DNA from: an uncultured virus (IMG/VR IMGVR_UViG_3300007754_000002)
Taxonomy: Duplodnaviria > Heunggongvirae > Uroviricota > Caudoviricetes
DNA length: 64,000 bases
Virus record (IMG/VR): IMGVR_UViG_3300007754_000002
Direction: 5' to 3' (one strand)
Position 1 is the stretch's first letter; each line of letters begins with the position of its first letter. The notes below the pieces were generated by a model. The model did no database searches, was not told the origin of the DNA, and was given only the letters and a program-made list of their open reading frames with translations. Positions 59,958 through 64,000 of the stretch are shown here, in pieces. The position numbers and the translations under genes were made by a program.

Positions 59958-60380
59958 TTACCTATCTCCCCAGGCGGCGATGAGTTCTTTGAGCAGGGCG
60001 GCGTTGCTCTTGGAGAGTCTGCTAGTGTTCCAGGCGGAGAAGAGTTTTCGCGGGAGCCATTCTTGGAAGCTGTCGGGTTTCCAGCCGGTTTCCTCCAGAA
60101 ACTCCTGGTGGAGTCTTTGGAGGAGGGCGTGGGTTACGAGGTGTCTTCCTGCTTCATTCAGTTCCCGTGTGAGGTCATTGATGGGGAGCCACATCCCGAC
60201 AGCCTCTTGGGGGCTGTGGAAGAAGTCTGTTCCGATGTATGCGAGCTTCCCATCGGACATGGGTCCGACTCGGACGAGTTCTACGCCGAGGTGGTGTAGG
60301 TCATCGGGTCTTGGTGTTCGTCTTGTTCCGACGAAGAGGTAGAGCCCGGGTTGGGTGGGGAGAGTGGAGGTCGCTTTCAC
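59958..60380 (-). CDS. Hypothetical protein
   Basis: 140-aa ORF; PTQPGLYLF N-terminus typical of phage ORFans. Confidence 0.6.
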   Translation of the reverse strand: MKATSTLPTQPGLYLFVGTRRTPRPDDLHHLGVELVRVGPMSDGKLAYIGTDFFHSPQEAVGMWLPINDLTRELNEAGRHLVTHALLQRLHQEFLEETGWKPDSFQEWLPRKLFSAWNTSRLSKSNAALLKELIAAWGDR

Positions 60381-61174
60381 GGGGCGAGGTTCTTGTTGTT
60401 GTCGAAGACCATCGCCGCGACCACTCCGTTGTCTCGGGCGACGAAGAGAGAGTGTGTCGCCGTAGTCCAGACTCGATCGGGGTAGGTTCGGGCTGAGTAG
60501 ACGGGGTAGAGGCTGCTGGGGTCGTTGTGGTCTTTCCCGTCGGCTTCGGCTTCGGCCTTGGCGTCCGCGAGGTTCTGGTCATCCCAGAAGGCGATCGTGT
60601 TGCCGTTCTTGAGCCAGTGGTATTCCCTCATGTCTCGGAGGGGGTACCCGAGCCCTTCGGTGAGTCCGAAGGCGGCGGTAAGGTTCTTGCGGGCTGTGGT
60701 GAAGGCATCGATCGCTTCGTTGATGTTCATGACGCTTGGGGGGATGGTCCAGCCTTGTTGAGCCAGGACGTTGATCGCTGTGTGGGCGTCGAGGCCCACG
60801 AGGTCGTGGTGTGTTTCGGAGTGCCGGTGTGGTTCCGGGTGTGGTCCGGCTGCTGCGGTCACCATCCGTCGAGTGACGGAGAGGGTGATAGCGAGCCTGG
60901 ATTTTGTCAGTCGGATCGAGAAGGGTTGCCGTGGGTCACGGGTGGAGGTGTTCTGGGCTCCTGGCGGTGGTGCCGTGTGGTGTTTCCTTGCGCGGTTGCA
61001 GGCCCGGCAGGCGAGGGCGAGGTTGTACAGGTGGGCCTCTCCGCCTTTGTTTTTTGGCTTCAGGTGTTCCAGGGATGGTGGGAAGGGGTCGGGGACCTTG
61101 CACCAGCAGCATTGGTTTCCGTCTCGTTGCCGGAGGGCATTGAGCAGGAGGTCTCTGTCGGGTCGTCGGCCCAT
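60377..61174 (-). CDS. HNH endonuclease domain protein
   Basis: LRQRDGNQCCWC...SLEHLKPKNKGG...NLALACRACNRARK, followed by unrelated C-terminal regions. Confidence 0.85.
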   Translation of the reverse strand: MGRRPDRDLLLNALRQRDGNQCCWCKVPDPFPPSLEHLKPKNKGGEAHLYNLALACRACNRARKHHTAPPPGAQNTSTRDPRQPFSIRLTKSRLAITLSVTRRMVTAAAGPHPEPHRHSETHHDLVGLDAHTAINVLAQQGWTIPPSVMNINEAIDAFTTARKNLTAAFGLTEGLGYPLRDMREYHWLKNGNTIAFWDDQNLADAKAEAEADGKDHNDPSSLYPVYSARTYPDRVWTTATHSLFVARDNGVVAAMVFDNNKNLAP

Positions 61175-61180
61175 TGGGGG

Positions 61181-62197
61181 CTACACTTCAACGGACATGT
61201 GGGTGAAGTCCACGGTGTTGTGTGCGATATCTCCCGGATCGGTCCCGACGGCTTGGAGGATGGTTTCCCGGCTGGGCATGGTCGGGTTGGGGAGTGCCTT
61301 CCAGGTGGGCGGGTTATCCAGTCGTCCCCATCGGGAGGCGAGGGCGGTGTGTGTGATCTTGCCTTCGGGCGAGAGCTTGATGGCGACGCTGTGGTGGGGC
61401 CTCTGCTCGTAGGGGGTCAGGCAGATTTTCCGGCGTCGGTAGTCCCCCTCTTCCAGGGATCGGTCCTGGTACTCCTTATCGGAGAGGGCCCGAAAGCGAC
61501 CGAGGTTGAAGTCGAGGTAGAGGGTGGGGCTCTCGCCATAGATCTGGTGATAGAGAGCCCCATAGGCCGCCAGGAGGGCCCAGAAGCCCGTCAGGGTATC
61601 TGGGGTCGGGTTGGCCCAGGTCGCGGTCTCAGGGTGGCTCTCAGCGTCTCCCTTGGGGGTCCCTGAGAGGGAGACGTGGGTAACGATGGGATCGGGGGCT
61701 TCGTAGGTGTTGAAGTACCGGGTGTTGTCGGGCCAGGGCTTCCCTGGCTTCTGGACGCGGGGGTAGCCATGGAGGCTATCACCGTGTCCCCGCCAGCAGG
61801 AGTCATGGTGTCCGCCTGCGATCACGTAGGCGGGTGCGGTGTGGTCGTAGGAGTGGGCGAACCGCCTCCGGTAGGCTTCGACCTTTTCGGGCGTCTCAAG
61901 CCTGTACTCGGAGTAGGCGTCTCCGGTGATGTAGGCTCCGGGCTTGGAGGGGTCGAGGACTCTCCAGTGGACGTAGTTGGAGGTCGCCTGGAGCTGGTAT
62001 GTCCAGGCGAAGGTCTCGGGCATCTCGGGGTCGCGGTCCTCATTGGCGAGGACCGGGTCCACGGTCGCCTGGAGGCTGAAGGTCAGCCACCTATCGGGCT
62101 GACAGGAGTTCCGCGGCAGGATGCCGCGGCTGTGGACGTAGCCGTAGAACTTGTCGATCAGGCGGGACCAGGGGAGAGCGTTCGGGAGCAGAGTCAT
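61181..62197 (-). CDS. Hypothetical protein
   Basis: Promoter motif 62219-62245 and GGAGG RBS. Confidence 0.75.
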   Translation of the reverse strand: MTLLPNALPWSRLIDKFYGYVHSRGILPRNSCQPDRWLTFSLQATVDPVLANEDRDPEMPETFAWTYQLQATSNYVHWRVLDPSKPGAYITGDAYSEYRLETPEKVEAYRRRFAHSYDHTAPAYVIAGGHHDSCWRGHGDSLHGYPRVQKPGKPWPDNTRYFNTYEAPDPIVTHVSLSGTPKGDAESHPETATWANPTPDTLTGFWALLAAYGALYHQIYGESPTLYLDFNLGRFRALSDKEYQDRSLEEGDYRRRKICLTPYEQRPHHSVAIKLSPEGKITHTALASRWGRLDNPPTWKALPNPTMPSRETILQAVGTDPGDIAHNTVDFTHMSVEV

Positions 62198-62240
62198 TGT
62201 AGTAAACCTCCACTCCTCTATACGAGTACCCTGTCGAAAC

Positions 62241-62711
62241 TTACAGGATTCCGAAGAACGGGTCTTGTGAGATATAGGCGGGGAATCTTGGGGACATGAG
62301 CTTCTTGGAGACCCAGACGATTCGGTCTTTGGGTACGGCGGCGAGGTTTCCGTGGGGGGCCATTCCGAAGGCGAGGGTTGTGTGGTCCTGTCCGCGGTAG
62401 GTCATGGTGTGGTGTTTGGCGGAGGAGTCGCAGATTCTCCGATATCGGTATCCGTCTTTCACCTTGGCGAACCAGTGTCCGTTGGGGACGTCACCTGCGA
62501 GTCGCAGTCTCTTGAGCCGGAAGGGTCGTCCTTCGGCGTATTTCTCCCAGAGGGCCAGGAGAGCGGCTCGTCGGGTCTGGTGGTTGACCTTAGCGAATTG
62601 GAGGAGGGCTTCTTTGAGCGGTCCTGACGGATCGGGTGTGTCGGGATCGGAGGCCCAGCACCAGTCGTAGTTCTGGAGGAGGTCTTCGATGGTGGCGAGG
62701 TTGGTTGTCAC
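62241..62711 (-). CDS. Hypothetical protein
   Basis: GTGA overlap with the upstream gene. Confidence 0.6.
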   Translation of the reverse strand: MTTNLATIEDLLQNYDWCWASDPDTPDPSGPLKEALLQFAKVNHQTRRAALLALWEKYAEGRPFRLKRLRLAGDVPNGHWFAKVKDGYRYRRICDSSAKHHTMTYRGQDHTTLAFGMAPHGNLAAVPKDRIVWVSKKLMSPRFPAYISQDPFFGIL

Positions 62712-64000
62712 AGCAGGCCGCTTCGGATGAGGTGAGCGAGCTTTGCTCCGAGTCGGGAGAGGGCGTCGTTGTACTTCTTGGAGAGGTGGTTGCCTTCGTA
62801 CTCGTGCCCGAGTTCGTGGATCATGAGGTCATCGATCGCCTGTTGCCGGGCGGGGTCTTTGAGGTTGAACCACCGGAGCCCGAGGGTTCCCTGGTTGAGC
62901 CTCATCCGGCGGTCTCCTTGTCGGTAGTCTGCGAGCTGCCCCCCCTTGGGTTCGTTGATGACTTCGACGGTGACGGTGTGCCCGATGAGGAGGTTGGCGG
63001 CCTTTCGGATGTAGGCGACCACCTCTCGGACGTCGGGGTTCATCTCAGGGGGTGCGATGAGGTCGAAGCCCCAGATGGTTTCCTTGGTCGTGCTGAATCG
63101 TGGGAGCCGACCAGCGGGGGGGAGGGGGTCTCGACCCTCTCCTTGGAAGCGTTTCCGGTTCTCCCGAATTCCGGCGGAGAGCTGTCGTCCTCGGACGGGG
63201 GTCCAGCCTGCTGCGGTGGCTCGGTTATTGGCTTCGCGGTCGGAGGGATCCCACATGAAGCGTTTGGTCCCGAAGCGTTTGTCCATGACGGAGTTGAAGG
63301 CTTCCTCGGAGATTCTCGGGGAGGCGACCGCTTCGGACACCCAGGTCTCTGCGGCGTCGGCCGGGGTCAGGCGTTCGTGGAGGTGCTCCAGGGCTTTGGT
63401 TCTCAGGTCGCGGAGGTAGCTGGGAGGGACGTTGTTCCTCTCCATCGCGATGGGGACCTTCTGGTCCACGTCATAGCTCCACCTGTCCCCGGTTTCCACG
63501 ACGGGTATCCCCATCTCGTAGAGGAACCCTTTGGCGCCTTCGGGCGGGGTGTAGATGGCAACCTGGGTGACTCTCCGAGTCCGTCTCATCGGGCCCTCAG
63601 GGGAGGCGACCATTGTCGGGAGGGTCACCTTGAAGGACCCGTGCTGTTCCGGTCGAACCAGCGTCTCTCCGTTGACGCAGGTGAGGATGTTCTCGGGGGG
63701 AATGAATCGCTTGACAGCGTCCAACTCCGCTCGGACCTCTTCGGGGGTCATTTCCAGCAAGGCCCAGAACTCGGTCCCGAAGTCCCTCTTCTTCCGGCGT
63801 CCATCCAGACGCCGGCCTCGGTGATCGAACACGACCACGCCGGTCGTGGAAGAGATCCTGGCTTCGATCGCTGTCGCCAGGACGAGCTTTTCGCCCAGGT
63901 TGAACCGGCCTCGCTTCCCCGGGTCTGTCGCCTTGTAGCTCCGGGCGAACAGGGTGTAAGCGTGGCTCAGATCCCTGAAGCCCGTGGGGGAGTCATCCAC
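62708..64000 (-). CDS. GHKL (Hsp90/MORC-like) ATPase fused to a C-terminal HExxH domain, 5'-truncated by the window edge
   Basis: DDSPTGF, KRGRFNLGEK, ISSTT, GTEF boxes; MIHELGHE. Confidence 0.65.
   Translation of the reverse strand: MDDSPTGFRDLSHAYTLFARSYKATDPGKRGRFNLGEKLVLATAIEARISSTTGVVVFDHRGRRLDGRRKKRDFGTEFWALLEMTPEEVRAELDAVKRFIPPENILTCVNGETLVRPEQHGSFKVTLPTMVASPEGPMRRTRRVTQVAIYTPPEGAKGFLYEMGIPVVETGDRWSYDVDQKVPIAMERNNVPPSYLRDLRTKALEHLHERLTPADAAETWVSEAVASPRISEEAFNSVMDKRFGTKRFMWDPSDREANNRATAAGWTPVRGRQLSAGIRENRKRFQGEGRDPLPPAGRLPRFSTTKETIWGFDLIAPPEMNPDVREVVAYIRKAANLLIGHTVTVEVINEPKGGQLADYRQGDRRMRLNQGTLGLRWFNLKDPARQQAIDDLMIHELGHEYEGNHLSKKYNDALSRLGAKLAHLIRSGLL

Noticed and set aside
1..64000. 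tRNA/rRNA genes, stop-codon recoding, integrase or transposase, reverse transcriptase/DGR
   Set aside because: No cloverleaf or rRNA-like segment noticed by eye; genes end normally at TAG, TGA and TAA; no recombinase or RT motifs seen (tRNAscan not run)

Overview
GC-rich, densely coding 64-kb segment, most likely from a large (jumbo-type) bacteriophage. It consists mainly of short orphan ORFs in overlapping (ATGA-coupled) runs, plus phage-type accessory genes. These include a UvrD/PcrA helicase carrying two related inteins, a MoxR/RavA AAA+ plus vWA pair, a J-domain protein, a CHAP endolysin, a radical SAM enzyme, a deaminase, a metallophosphoesterase, a lone response-regulator receiver, an HNH nuclease, a frameshifted AlkB, a GHKL-ATPase/HExxH protein and an ECF-like sigma factor. 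I found no rRNA, tRNA, CRISPR array or virion structural genes. The main non-obvious structure is regulatory: (1) about 20 copies of a bipartite motif GGTAA(C/G)TTT-N11-TCGTATA, oriented with the downstream gene and often exactly 7 nt before an ATG (leaderless mRNAs), which the window's own sigma factor may read; (2) a second motif, ATAG-N5-YTAT, in front of units whose proteins share a short (R/K)VAxR(W/Y) peptide; (3) a probable replication origin at about 58.2-58.7 kb with four 22-bp tandem repeats and a sharp strand-skew switch; (4) an operon of two ABC-type ATPases plus a PLD nuclease, resembling a defence-type module. All functional calls come from motif recognition by eye; no searches were run.
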